Shown here piece after piece: positions 20,143 to 34,394 of a stretch of 51,279 nt of DNA. Positions within the stretch are counted from its first letter, which is position 1. Each line of letters opens with the position of its first letter. Under the pieces are notes generated by a model, which searched no databases, was not told the DNA's origin, and saw only the letters and a list, made by a program, of their open reading frames with translations. The stretch is from positions 1 through 51,279 of the forward strand of contig CAYIGA010000001.1 in the NCBI GenBank assembly GCA_964362925.1, written 5' to 3'. The position numbers and the translations under genes are program-made. This stretch comes from an uncultured Candidatus Saccharibacteria bacterium. GTDB taxonomy: Bacteria; Patescibacteriota; UBA1384; 2-12-FULL-50-11.

Positions 20143-22671
20143 TTACAACTTCTTCCCCCTCGGTTCGACCAATTCTTCTGCTATTACTTCTTCGGTGTTA
20201 TCGACCACTGTCATCGACACCACCTTGTCGCTACCACTGGACCGCATCAGAATGACTCCCGACGCTTGTCGAGATAGTTTCTTAACCGATGTGATCGGAA
20301 TGCGTATAACCTGTCCGGAATCGGAAACGATAATTAGGTCCTTGGATTGTTTATCTATGACCGCGCCGCCAGCCAACTGGCCAGTTTTGCTCGTTAGTTT
20401 AGCGATCCTAATACCGCTACCGCCCCGATGTTGATTTCGAAATTCTTTGACATTGACCTTTTTACCGATGCCATTTTTAGAGATTACGCAGATCGCTTCG
20501 GTCTCTTCAGTTAGAACCGTCGTTTCGATCACTTCGTCATCGGCTTTCAGACGCATTCCCCGGACACCGGCCGCCGCCCGACCCATTGCTCGAGCTTGGG
20601 ATTCGTTATAAACGATGACTTGGCCGTTCTTGCTAATTTGAGCGACTTCATTTTGACCGGTTGTTTGCTTGACCCAAAGTAAGACATCCTTCGGCCGCAA
20701 GCTGATGGCGACAACGCCGCTCTTGCGGACATTTTTGAAGGCCTCAGTCGCCACGCGTTTAACAATGCCGTACCGAGTCGAAAAGAAGAAAAATCCCGCT
20801 CGAGCTTTGTCCGGCATTATAATTAAGGCTGTTACTTTTTCATCGTCATTAATTTGGATCAAATTGGGTAAAGCGATCCCTTTGCTCTGACGACTAGAGA
20901 CCGGAATTTCGTAAGCCTTTAGGGTAAAAACTCTTCCGGCGTCGGTAAAGAACATGATATCGTCGTGAGTCGAGGCGAAGACAATATCGACAACGGCGTC
21001 GTCCTCGCGAGTACTCATGCCGATTACCCCCTTGCCACCCCGTTTTTGGTTCTTGTAGGTATCGGCTGGCAAGCGTTTGACATAATTCCCCCGTGTTAGG
21101 CTAATCAAAACCGATTCTTCGGCAATGAGATCGATCGCCGTTAATTGTCCCAAAGCCTCCGGACGAATTTCGGTTTGGCGAACACTACCAAACTTGGCTT
21201 TTGTTTCCAACAGTTCGTCTTTAATGATCTTTTGAACTCGAGCCGGTTTGGCTAGGATATCCTCAAGGTCGGTAATCAACTTCATGACCGCGTCGTATTC
21301 ATCGTAAATCCGCAGGCGTTCTAAATTGGCCAACTGCGACAAGCGCATATCCAAGATAGCGTTGACTTGGATGTCAGTCAGTTTGAACTGTTTGATCAAC
21401 TCGCTCTTGGCTTCGTCGCGGTCTTTTGAGGCCCGAATTAGTTTGATGATGACGTCCAGGTGGTCAAGGGCGATCTTCAAGCCTTCTAGAATATGGGCTC
21501 GGGCTTGAGCTATTTTCAGTTCATATTCGGTTCGGCGGGTGACGATGGTGATGCGATGGGCCAAAAATTCGCCGAGAATTTCAGACACCCCCAACAGGCG
21601 CGGCTGAAGCCCGTCAATTAAGGCGACCATATTATAATGAATAACGGTCTGGAGTTCAGTCTGTTCGTAAAGTTGGTTTAAGATTTTATTGGCTGGAGCA
21701 CCTGGTTTGAGCTCAACCACCACCCTGACTGCCTGCTCGCGGTCGGACTCGTCACGCAAATCATGGATGCCTTCGATTCTTTTTGACTTAACTAAATCAG
21801 CGATGTGACTGACGAAGCTGGCCTTGTTAGTTTGATAGGGTAATTCGGAAACGATAATTCGGCTCCGACCGTTTTCTTCTTGAATTTCCGCCCTACCACG
21901 AACCATTGTTCGACCACGACCAGTTGACAGAGCTAATCTAATATCATTGCTGTTATAGGCAATGCCAGCGGTGGGGAAGTCTGGCCCTTTAATAATCTCC
22001 AAAATATTGTCGGTTTCCGTCTCTGGATCCTCAAGCATCAAGACCAAGGCGTCAATAACTTCATTGACATTATGGGGGGGAATGTTTGTCGCCATACCAA
22101 CAGCGATACCTTGCGAGCCGTTAATCAATAAATTAGGCAGGCGAGTTGGTAGAACGACTGGCTCTTGAGTCGTGCCATCGTAGTTATCCCGAAAATCAAC
22201 AGTTTCTTTGTCGATGTCGGATAAAAAGGCGTCGGAGGCGGGAGCGAGACGGGCTTCAGTGTAACGAGGTGCGGCGGCCGAATCCCCGTCCATCGAACCA
22301 AAATTGCCTTGACCGTCAACCAACGGTACTCGCAAGCTCCACCACTGGGCCATTCGAACCATTGAGTCATAGACCGCCATCTCGCCATGGGGGTGATAGT
22401 TACCCAGAACTTCACCGTTGATTTTGGCAGATTTGCGATGTTTGGCGGTTGGGCCCAAACCGAGGCGATGCATGGCGTAAAGAATACGCCGATGAACCGG
22501 TTTTAAACCGTCCCGAACATCGGGCAAAGCCCGGGCAACAATAACGCTCATAGCGTAGTCCAAGTACGACTCCGACATTTCCCGATCAATCGATCGGGGC
22601 AAAATTTTGCCGTAATCCGTCTTCTCTGGCAAATTTTTCTTCAATTCTTGGTCGTTGGTTTCGTTAGACAT
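20143..22671 (-). CDS. gyrA: DNA gyrase subunit A
   Basis: 842-aa ORF with the [12 protein letters not shown] motif, the active-site region and C-terminal beta-pinwheel repeats. Confidence 0.97.
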   Translation of the reverse strand: MSNETNDQELKKNLPEKTDYGKILPRSIDREMSESYLDYAMSVIVARALPDVRDGLKPVHRRILYAMHRLGLGPTAKHRKSAKINGEVLGNYHPHGEMAVYDSMVRMAQWWSLRVPLVDGQGNFGSMDGDSAAAPRYTEARLAPASDAFLSDIDKETVDFRDNYDGTTQEPVVLPTRLPNLLINGSQGIAVGMATNIPPHNVNEVIDALVLMLEDPETETDNILEIIKGPDFPTAGIAYNSNDIRLALSTGRGRTMVRGRAEIQEENGRSRIIVSELPYQTNKASFVSHIADLVKSKRIEGIHDLRDESDREQAVRVVVELKPGAPANKILNQLYEQTELQTVIHYNMVALIDGLQPRLLGVSEILGEFLAHRITIVTRRTEYELKIAQARAHILEGLKIALDHLDVIIKLIRASKDRDEAKSELIKQFKLTDIQVNAILDMRLSQLANLERLRIYDEYDAVMKLITDLEDILAKPARVQKIIKDELLETKAKFGSVRQTEIRPEALGQLTAIDLIAEESVLISLTRGNYVKRLPADTYKNQKRGGKGVIGMSTREDDAVVDIVFASTHDDIMFFTDAGRVFTLKAYEIPVSSRQSKGIALPNLIQINDDEKVTALIIMPDKARAGFFFFSTRYGIVKRVATEAFKNVRKSGVVAISLRPKDVLLWVKQTTGQNEVAQISKNGQVIVYNESQARAMGRAAAGVRGMRLKADDEVIETTVLTEETEAICVISKNGIGKKVNVKEFRNQHRGGSGIRIAKLTSKTGQLAGGAVIDKQSKDLIIVSDSGQVIRIPITSVKKLSRQASGVILMRSSGSDKVVSMTVVDNTEEVIAEELVEPRGKKL

Positions 22672-22737
22672 TGGTTAATAAATCCGAAATTCAAACATAG
22701 AAACTCGAAACAAATTCAATTGAGGTTATCGTTAAAA

Positions 22738-27908
<5,171 letters not shown>

Positions 27909-27958
27909 CTCGTTCCCTTTCCTGTTAAGGTACGAGCATCGATCGCTCGTTCGGGACA

Positions 27959-27987
27959 ACTTTACTACTATTCGGAGGAATTGTCAA
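27959..27987 (-). promoter_or_regulatory. promoter TTGACA-17 nt-TAAAGT for the 568-aa ORFan
   Basis: Minus strand, immediately after the glycosyltransferase stop: TTGACAattcctccgaatagtagTAAAGT. Confidence 0.5.
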
Positions 27988-27999
27988 TATCCCAATCGG

Positions 28000-29094
28000 T
28001 CAGTGAACATGGCTGGCGACGATTGCCCGGATTTTATTTTGAAACTCTTCTTTGGAAAACTTTTCGGCGTGGAAACGGATTTTTTGCGGATTGAATTTTG
28101 CCGGATTAAAGTCCTTTAAGACTTCTACCAATGATTCAACCGTTTGTTTGGGAAAAAACAGACCGGTGACGCCGTCAACAACCGATTCCAAAGCCCCGCC
28201 GGCGCCGTAGGCGATGACCGGTCGGCCCGAGGCCATCGCTTCCAGCGGCGTAATCCCAGCATCCTCCAGCGGCGGGAAAATGAAAGCTCGACATTTAGAG
28301 TAAAGATCGACCAATTCTTCATCACTAACTCGTCCAGTAAACTCCACTGTTGGTCCAGAAATATGTTTCAGCGTCTCCAGCTTGGTACCGCTACCAACAA
28401 TTTTTAGTTTGACGTTCAGTTGATTAGCCGCTTCGATCGCTATATCTGTTCTTTTATACGGTTCTTGCCGACCAACCACCAAAAAGTAGTCGCTGATTTT
28501 AGTCGAAGTTTTGAATTTGTTCCAATCAACTGGCGGAAAGATTACTTCGTCCGGATTACGGTTGTAGTATTGACGGGTTCTCTCGGCGACAAACTTCGAA
28601 TTGGCGATCAAATAATCTGGTCTTTTGGCCGCTAACAAATCCCACTTTTGGAGAAACTTAACAATCAACTTGACTATTGGCCGGCCGATTAGCGGCCAGG
28701 GAATTGGGGAGGTAGCGATATATGATTCCCGATCACTCCAAAGATAGCGTGTTGGCGTGTGGAGGTAGCAAATGTGTTTGGTTTTGCCACGAGTAACGGC
28801 TCCTTTAGCGTATGCTGACGAATCGGACAGGACGAGATCGTATTTGGAAAAGTCGAACGATTCGATTGCCCGAGGCATCAGCGGCAACCAATATTTAAAG
28901 GACTTCGGCATCCCGGGAAAGTTTTGTAAAAAACTCGGGATTATTTTTCGGCCGGGTAAAAACTCATCGATAATTTTATGACTATAATTAACAACATAAA
29001 TTGGCGCCTCGGGATAAATTTCGCTAAAAACTTTTAAGACCGACTCTCCCCCACCCCAAGTGTTTAGAAAATCGTGAACAAGGGCCACCCTCAT
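28000..29094 (-). CDS. glycosyltransferase, GT4 family (GT-B fold)
   Basis: 364 aa. MRVALVHDFL..GGGE N-terminus and a C-terminal E..G....EAMA.G.PVIA motif (PLEAMASGRPVIA). Confidence 0.9.
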   Translation of the reverse strand: MRVALVHDFLNTWGGGESVLKVFSEIYPEAPIYVVNYSHKIIDEFLPGRKIIPSFLQNFPGMPKSFKYWLPLMPRAIESFDFSKYDLVLSDSSAYAKGAVTRGKTKHICYLHTPTRYLWSDRESYIATSPIPWPLIGRPIVKLIVKFLQKWDLLAAKRPDYLIANSKFVAERTRQYYNRNPDEVIFPPVDWNKFKTSTKISDYFLVVGRQEPYKRTDIAIEAANQLNVKLKIVGSGTKLETLKHISGPTVEFTGRVSDEELVDLYSKCRAFIFPPLEDAGITPLEAMASGRPVIAYGAGGALESVVDGVTGLFFPKQTVESLVEVLKDFNPAKFNPQKIRFHAEKFSKEEFQNKIRAIVASHVH

Positions 29095-30458
29095 GACTTA
29101 GTATTAACTAATTGCCGAAAAAGGTAGATAAAGGTGGCGATAATGATTCGCAGATCAAACCAAATACTCCAATTTTCGATGTAGTAGAGATCGTATTTGA
29201 CCCGCTCGGTAATCGGGGTGTTGCCACGAGCGCCGTTAATCTGGGCCCAGCCGGTCAGACCGGATTTGACGTGATGGCGGCGAAAGTAATTAGGAAATTC
29301 TTTGGTAAATTGCTCAACATATTTGGGTTGTTCCGGCCGTGGCCCGACTAAACTCATCTTACCGAGCAGAACGTCCCAGAGTTGAGGAAGCTCATCAAGA
29401 TTAGTTAGGCGGATTACCCGACCAATTGGCGTAATCCGAACGTCGGTCTGTTCGTCGGCCGACCAATCATTAATATTGGAAAATCTCTGGCGCCAGTCGG
29501 CGTACATACTCCGAAATTTACCGACAGAGAATTCTCGCCCATCCTGACCAACTCGCGGTTCTTTATATATTATCGGCCCAGGCGAAGAGACTTTGACTAA
29601 GATCACAAGGAGTAAATAAACCGGCGACAATAAAATCAAAGCTGGCCCGACAATAATTAAATCCAGCAGTCGTTTATAAACCCTTCCCCAGCCCTCAAGC
29701 GGCGTCCGACGAAAAAACATCACTGGCGTCCCAGCCAAAGAGGTCGTCTCAACGTTGGTCGCGTGGACCGAAAGGAGACTTGGTACGAGAGCAAAACTGA
29801 TACCGTTGACCTCGGCCCAACTTAGGACCGAAAGCATCTTCGCTTCCGGTAGATCAGCCGCGGCGACGATTACTTCTTCGAGATTAGCTCGGCTAAATTG
29901 ATTAAGCCGGGCTGGAACGTCTCCACCGCGGATAGTCCCGACAACCTGACGCCCGTGTCGTCGGTTATTTGCCAGTTCCGAAACGAGACCGTGCCGAGCA
30001 CCGTTGACGACAACTAGAGTTTTAATTATTCCGATGTTGACCGAGTACAGAAAACGGACTACTAACTGGAGAGCTAACCGACCAACCAGCGTCAACAGAA
30101 CCGTCAAAAAGAAGCTGTAAACAATCAGTAAACGGGGCAGAACCAATGACTCGGGACTTCGCCAGAGATAGAGGGTAATAATCATCACCGCCCAACCGCC
30201 CATCAAGCCGATTAAAATTTTAGAAACGGTGTTCCAGCCTCGCGGAGCGTTACGAACATTATAAAGCCCCTGACTGGCCATGAGAATTAACCAAACTGGC
30301 ATTATCCAGCCAACGAAACGTAAGTAGTTTAAAAGTGGCCATTGGTAGAGGTCGGTGCCACCGCTTCGCCACTGGTAGGCCAAAATCAGTCCTAAGGTAA
30401 TCATTAGCACATCAACCACCAGCGACACGACAGCAACAATAATATTGAATCGCTTCAT
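29091..30458 (-). CDS. polyprenyl-phosphate sugar phosphotransferase (WbaP/WcaJ-type bacterial sugar transferase)
   Basis: N-terminal TM bundle, then KRLLDL..., PGPIIYKEPRVG, FRSM, DELPQLWDVL.G.MSLVGPRP. Confidence 0.9.
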   Translation of the reverse strand: MKRFNIIVAVVSLVVDVLMITLGLILAYQWRSGGTDLYQWPLLNYLRFVGWIMPVWLILMASQGLYNVRNAPRGWNTVSKILIGLMGGWAVMIITLYLWRSPESLVLPRLLIVYSFFLTVLLTLVGRLALQLVVRFLYSVNIGIIKTLVVVNGARHGLVSELANNRRHGRQVVGTIRGGDVPARLNQFSRANLEEVIVAAADLPEAKMLSVLSWAEVNGISFALVPSLLSVHATNVETTSLAGTPVMFFRRTPLEGWGRVYKRLLDLIIVGPALILLSPVYLLLVILVKVSSPGPIIYKEPRVGQDGREFSVGKFRSMYADWRQRFSNINDWSADEQTDVRITPIGRVIRLTNLDELPQLWDVLLGKMSLVGPRPEQPKYVEQFTKEFPNYFRRHHVKSGLTGWAQINGARGNTPITERVKYDLYYIENWSIWFDLRIIIATFIYLFRQLVNTKS

Positions 30459-30481
30459 GGCTTAATTGTACATCTAAACCA

Positions 30482-30560
30482 GAAATCCCGCACTTTGTCT
30501 CGATTGTTCCGCTTTGAACTCTTTGTTCGTGCTTCAATTCCGGACACAGTGCGGGATTTC
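30482..30560. repeat. long-range inverted repeat (13-bp perfect arms, 17/18 extended) with about 50-nt spacer
   Basis: GAAATCCCGCACT at 30482-30494 and AGTGCGGGATTTC at 30548-30560, between the small-gene stop and the sugar transferase start. Confidence 0.6.
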
Positions 30561-30589
30561 ATTGCTTTAACACGCGTGTTGAAGCAATC

Positions 30590-30793
30590 CTAGCGAGCCT
30601 TTCGGAGCATCGGTAAACCGGTCCGAGCGTTCTCCATTACTTCATAACCGGCTGGAATAGCGTCAAGGGCGCCGGGACGAACATCTTGGGCGAAAAAATA
30701 AATTGTCTGTTGACGACCGCCTCGGAGCGTTACATCTCGGGAATGGAGGTAATAAGTCTTACCAGACTTTTCTGAAACTTTGCTAAATGCCAT
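30590..30793 (-). CDS. small conserved-looking hypothetical protein (67 aa)
   Basis: Start moved to the ATG at 30793, which has a strong GGAGGTG 6 nt upstream. Sequence MAFSKVSEKSGKTYYLHSRD...GYEVMENARTGLPMLRKAR. Confidence 0.65.
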   Translation of the reverse strand: MAFSKVSEKSGKTYYLHSRDVTLRGGRQQTIYFFAQDVRPGALDAIPAGYEVMENARTGLPMLRKAR

Positions 30794-30914
30794 GCTTCTC
30801 ACCTCCTTCCTTAAGTTTTTTAGTTTTATTTTGATACGGCCAACCAGGACCATATCTGATATACATTACTAAAGATAGGGTTACGACCTGTCAAGCCCTA
30901 TTCAACCCTTCACC

Positions 30915-30939
30915 CGCACCCCTGGGGTGCGATTATGGT
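30915..30939 (+). repeat. REP element, left flank of the RAYT gene
   Basis: CGCACCCCTGGGGTGCGATTATGGT. The core is a 7-bp stem with a 3-nt loop. Confidence 0.85.
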
Positions 30940-30954
30940 GTAAGGTAATGAATA

Positions 30955-31626
30955 ATGAGCAATGTCAGAAAGGTAATGCTAGTCACCAACGAGATTTATC
31001 ATGTCTTCACCCGGAGCATTGAGGGCTTCGAAGTGTTTCGTTCACGTAATAGCTTTAGGCGATTCATCCGCGGGATGGAATATTACAATCAATCTCAGCC
31101 GAAGCAGAGATTGTCTGATTATCTGCAACTCTCTCCAAAGGCCAAGGAAGAGCCCGATAATATACTCACTAAAGATCCTCTCGTGCGAATAATTGCTTAC
31201 TGCCTCATGCCAACCCACATTCATATAGCGCTCAAGCAAATCAAAGACGGCGGGATATCAACCTTTATGAGCAAAACCTTAAATAGTTTTACACGTTTCT
31301 TCAACATCGCTCATAAACGTCGAGGTCCGCTTTGGGAGTCAAAATTTAAAAATGTTCTGGTCGATACTGACGAACAGCTTCTGCACCTAGTAAGATATAT
31401 TCATCTTAACCCCAGCTCAGCGGGATTGGTAACGAAACCAGAGGAATGGCAGTTCTCTTCATACTGCGAGTCTATTGGCCAGAAATCAGAGACGGGACTT
31501 TGTAGTTGGGAAGGTATAATAAACATTAACACTTCTGATTACAGGAAATTCGTCCACAGCCGTATCGCGTATCAGCGAGGGCTCTCAAAAATTAAACGGT
31601 TATTAATCGATAATTACACGGGTTAA
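30955..31626 (+). CDS. REP-associated tyrosine transposase-like protein (IS200/IS605 TnpA-like HUH/Y1 family)
   Basis: 223 aa. IYHVFTRS N-terminus, HUH motif in CLMPTHIHIAL, GPLWESKF, Tyr motif LVRYIHLNPSSAGLV and WQFSSY. Flanked by identical REP units. Confidence 0.85.
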   Translation: MSNVRKVMLVTNEIYHVFTRSIEGFEVFRSRNSFRRFIRGMEYYNQSQPKQRLSDYLQLSPKAKEEPDNILTKDPLVRIIAYCLMPTHIHIALKQIKDGGISTFMSKTLNSFTRFFNIAHKRRGPLWESKFKNVLVDTDEQLLHLVRYIHLNPSSAGLVTKPEEWQFSSYCESIGQKSETGLCSWEGIININTSDYRKFVHSRIAYQRGLSKIKRLLIDNYTG

Positions 31627-31632
31627 CCTGGA

Positions 31633-31658
31633 CGCACCCCTGGGGTGCGATTATGGTT
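31633..31658 (+). repeat. REP element, right flank of the RAYT gene
   Basis: CGCACCCCTGGGGTGCGATTATGGTT, same orientation as the left copy, 6 nt after the stop codon. Confidence 0.85.
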
Positions 31659-32079
31659 AGATTGGCTGATTAACTTCTGTAATTAGTTTGTAATTAGTCT
31701 AATTAGAACTTTTGTCATCAGCGATGTATCGCTTCGGTATCGCTTCAGGGGTTGCTTCGGGGATTGTGCCACTCCCCATAGTCGGCGGGATACGCCGACT
31801 TCGGCTAGGGATTACATCCCGCCGACTATACAGATGCTTGCGCGTAATTGAGCGTAAGAAGTGGACTGACGGATTATTCCTGTCCGGTATTTCTCCTAGT
31901 CATTGTCCAGCGCTTGAACCGGAGGCCGATGTAGAGTGATTCCCTCGTGATAACAAGTTGAGCAAACATCTAGTATCATGTCTCTCTCCTTAACCTGTCT
32001 TTGGATGAGTGGCAGACTATACCTCAAATTATGTAAAAAGTCAGGGGGAATCGGCACTATTTTAAGGTAGAATGGCAAA

Positions 32080-34053
32080 GTGATGAAATTTGAGTTATCG
32101 ACGGGAATGAAACCCGCTGGCGATCAGCCCAGGGCAATCAAATCGCTACTGGCGGGGATTAAAAAAGGGCTGAAACATCAGGTTTTACTCGGAGTGACGG
32201 GGAGCGGTAAAACTTTTACCATTGCCAACGTCATCGGCCAGATTCAGAAACCAACCTTGGTGATCGCTCACAATAAAACCCTGGCCGCCCAACTAACGAG
32301 CGAATATCGTCGCTTCTTCCCCAAAAACGCCGTTGAGTATTTTGTTTCTTACTACGACTACTACCAACCAGAGGCCTATATGGCCAATTCCGATACCTAC
32401 ATCGAAAAAGAAGCCCAAATTAACGACGAGATTGATCGCTTGCGCCACGGGGCCACTCAAGCAATTCTGACTCGTCCCGACACGATTATCGTTGCTTCGG
32501 TTTCCTGCATTTACGGCTTGGGCTCGCCAGATGAGTATCAAAAAGCTAGTTTGGTGATTACCAAGGATCAAATTTTGCCTCGGGAACAAATTATCGATCG
32601 ACTGGTTTTTCTCCAGTATCAACGGAACGACGTCGAATTGAGTCGAGGTGATTTTCGCTCTCGGGGTGAAATCATTGAAGTCATGCCGGCTAACGCTCTG
32701 AAAATAATCCGTTTGCGCCTGAACGGCGATAAGGTCGAAGAAATCCAAGAAATTGACCCAGTGACGGGAAAAACGACCGAAAGCAAACGCTTGGCGGTTT
32801 TCTATCCGGCTCGACACTTTGTAATGCCAGTTGACCAAATGGAGCGAGCGGTCAAGTCGATCGAAAACGAGCTTGAAGATCGGCTGAAGATTTTGCAGAC
32901 AGACCAGAAAATTATTGAGGCTGATCGGCTTGGCCGTCGAACTCGTTATGACATAGAAATGATCCGCGAGGTTGGTTACTGCAACGGGATTGAAAATTAC
33001 TCTCGTCATTTTGACGGTCGGATTCCTGGTAGCACCCCAACGACTCTTCTTGACTACTTTATTCGGGCTACCCCAGACTTTCTCACTATCGTCGACGAAT
33101 CTCACGTCACCGTCCCCCAAATTGGCGGAATGTACAACGGCGACAAAGCCCGTAAAGAAGTTTTGGTTGACTACGGTTTCCGTCTGCCATCGGCCAAAGA
33201 CAACCGACCGCTCCGTTTTGCCGAATTTGAGCAGAAGGTCGACCAAACCATCTATACCTCGGCGACACCAAGCGCGTACGAACTGGACAAAACCGAGCAG
33301 ACGGTTGAACAAATCATCCGCCCGACCGGCTTGGTTGATCCGGAAATTATCATTCGGCCGCTCGAGAATCAAGTCGGCGACTTATTGGAACGCTCTAAAA
33401 AGAGGGTTAAAGACGAGGAACGAGTTCTGGTCACAACTTTAACCAAAAAAATGGCCGAAGATCTAACCGATTACTTCACCGAACAAGGCATTCGGGTTCG
33501 CTACCTCCACTCCGGCGTCGAAACCTTGGAACGGATTGAGATTTTACGGAATTTACGTCAAGGGACGTTTGATGTTTTGGTCGGCGTTAATCTCCTTCGC
33601 GAGGGCCTCGATCTACCGGAAGTTTCCCTAGTCGGGATTCTCGACGCCGACAAAGAGGGCTTTCTACGGAGCGAGCGTTCGCTTATCCAAACAATCGGCC
33701 GAGCCGCTCGCAATGTCCAAGGTCAGGTTGTCCTTTACGCCGACCATGTCACTGGTTCAATGAAAAAAGCGATCGACGAAACCAATCGCCGTCGGGAAAT
33801 CCAAACTAAATACAATCAAAAACACGGCATAACGCCGACCACCATCTCCAAACAAATTACCTCGATTGTCGAACAAGAATTAAGTCAATCGGTTGGCTTG
33901 GATAAAATCGAACAGCAGTTAGCCAAAAGCAACATTGACAGTCTTATTAAAGACAAAGAGCGCCAGATGAAGTTGGCCGCCCAGGAATTACAGTTCGAAC
34001 TAGCGGCGATCCTGCGCGATGAGGTAATTAGATTAAAGAAGCGCCGAGGATAA
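32080..34053 (+). CDS. uvrB: excinuclease ABC subunit B
   Basis: 657-aa ORF with GVTGSGKT Walker A, the DESH box and a C-terminal UVR domain (AA.ELQFELAAILRDE). Start is the GTG at 32080 or the ATG at 32083. Confidence 0.97.
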   Translation: MMKFELSTGMKPAGDQPRAIKSLLAGIKKGLKHQVLLGVTGSGKTFTIANVIGQIQKPTLVIAHNKTLAAQLTSEYRRFFPKNAVEYFVSYYDYYQPEAYMANSDTYIEKEAQINDEIDRLRHGATQAILTRPDTIIVASVSCIYGLGSPDEYQKASLVITKDQILPREQIIDRLVFLQYQRNDVELSRGDFRSRGEIIEVMPANALKIIRLRLNGDKVEEIQEIDPVTGKTTESKRLAVFYPARHFVMPVDQMERAVKSIENELEDRLKILQTDQKIIEADRLGRRTRYDIEMIREVGYCNGIENYSRHFDGRIPGSTPTTLLDYFIRATPDFLTIVDESHVTVPQIGGMYNGDKARKEVLVDYGFRLPSAKDNRPLRFAEFEQKVDQTIYTSATPSAYELDKTEQTVEQIIRPTGLVDPEIIIRPLENQVGDLLERSKKRVKDEERVLVTTLTKKMAEDLTDYFTEQGIRVRYLHSGVETLERIEILRNLRQGTFDVLVGVNLLREGLDLPEVSLVGILDADKEGFLRSERSLIQTIGRAARNVQGQVVLYADHVTGSMKKAIDETNRRREIQTKYNQKHGITPTTISKQITSIVEQELSQSVGLDKIEQQLAKSNIDSLIKDKERQMKLAAQELQFELAAILRDEVIRLKKRRG

Positions 34054-34083
34054 AAAACCCGCCCGTTACTGCTCGGGCGGGTT
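34052..34083. terminator. bidirectional hairpin terminator between uvrB and the convergent ORFan cassette
   Basis: AAAAAA-ACCCGCCCG-ttactgct-CGGGCGGGT. The T-run is on the minus-strand side. Confidence 0.65.
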
Positions 34084-34089
34084 GGGGCG

Positions 34090-34317
34090 TCAGGTGGTTA
34101 CCCTGACTGGACATTCTCGAATCTGGCAGGTTTCGCGATGTAGCATCAGGCTACACCGTTGGTCCGGGTTCAAATTGGCCCAACCCAACCTGGCCAGTTC
34201 CGCTGCCTTCTGGCAGCTAATTGGGGGACCGAAAAGCCCCCTCAAACTAATAGGTTTGTCACCCAATTCTCCCAGGCCTAGCTCGGCTGGGTCGAACACA
34301 TCCCTTGTCTCATCCAT
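34090..34317 (-). CDS. small Cys-containing hypothetical protein (75 aa)
   Basis: ATG at 34317 preceded by AAAGGAGAGGAA. Four Cys in the C-terminal half. Directly downstream of the 277-aa gene. Confidence 0.45.
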   Translation of the reverse strand: MDETRDVFDPAELGLGELGDKPISLRGLFGPPISCQKAAELARLGWANLNPDQRCSLMLHRETCQIRECPVRVTT

Positions 34318-34394
34318 TTCCTCTCCTTTCTTCCGTGGGAACTGAATGGCAAACAATTGTCCCACAATTACGACAATAAATCAAGATCCTCCCT

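Noticed and set aside
32293-33372. 359-aa ORF on the minus strand, the longest unexplained ORF in the track
   Set aside because: It lies entirely antisense to the unambiguous uvrB coding sequence. Its translation is low-complexity (R/V/N/F-rich) with no motifs, so it is a typical shadow ORF.
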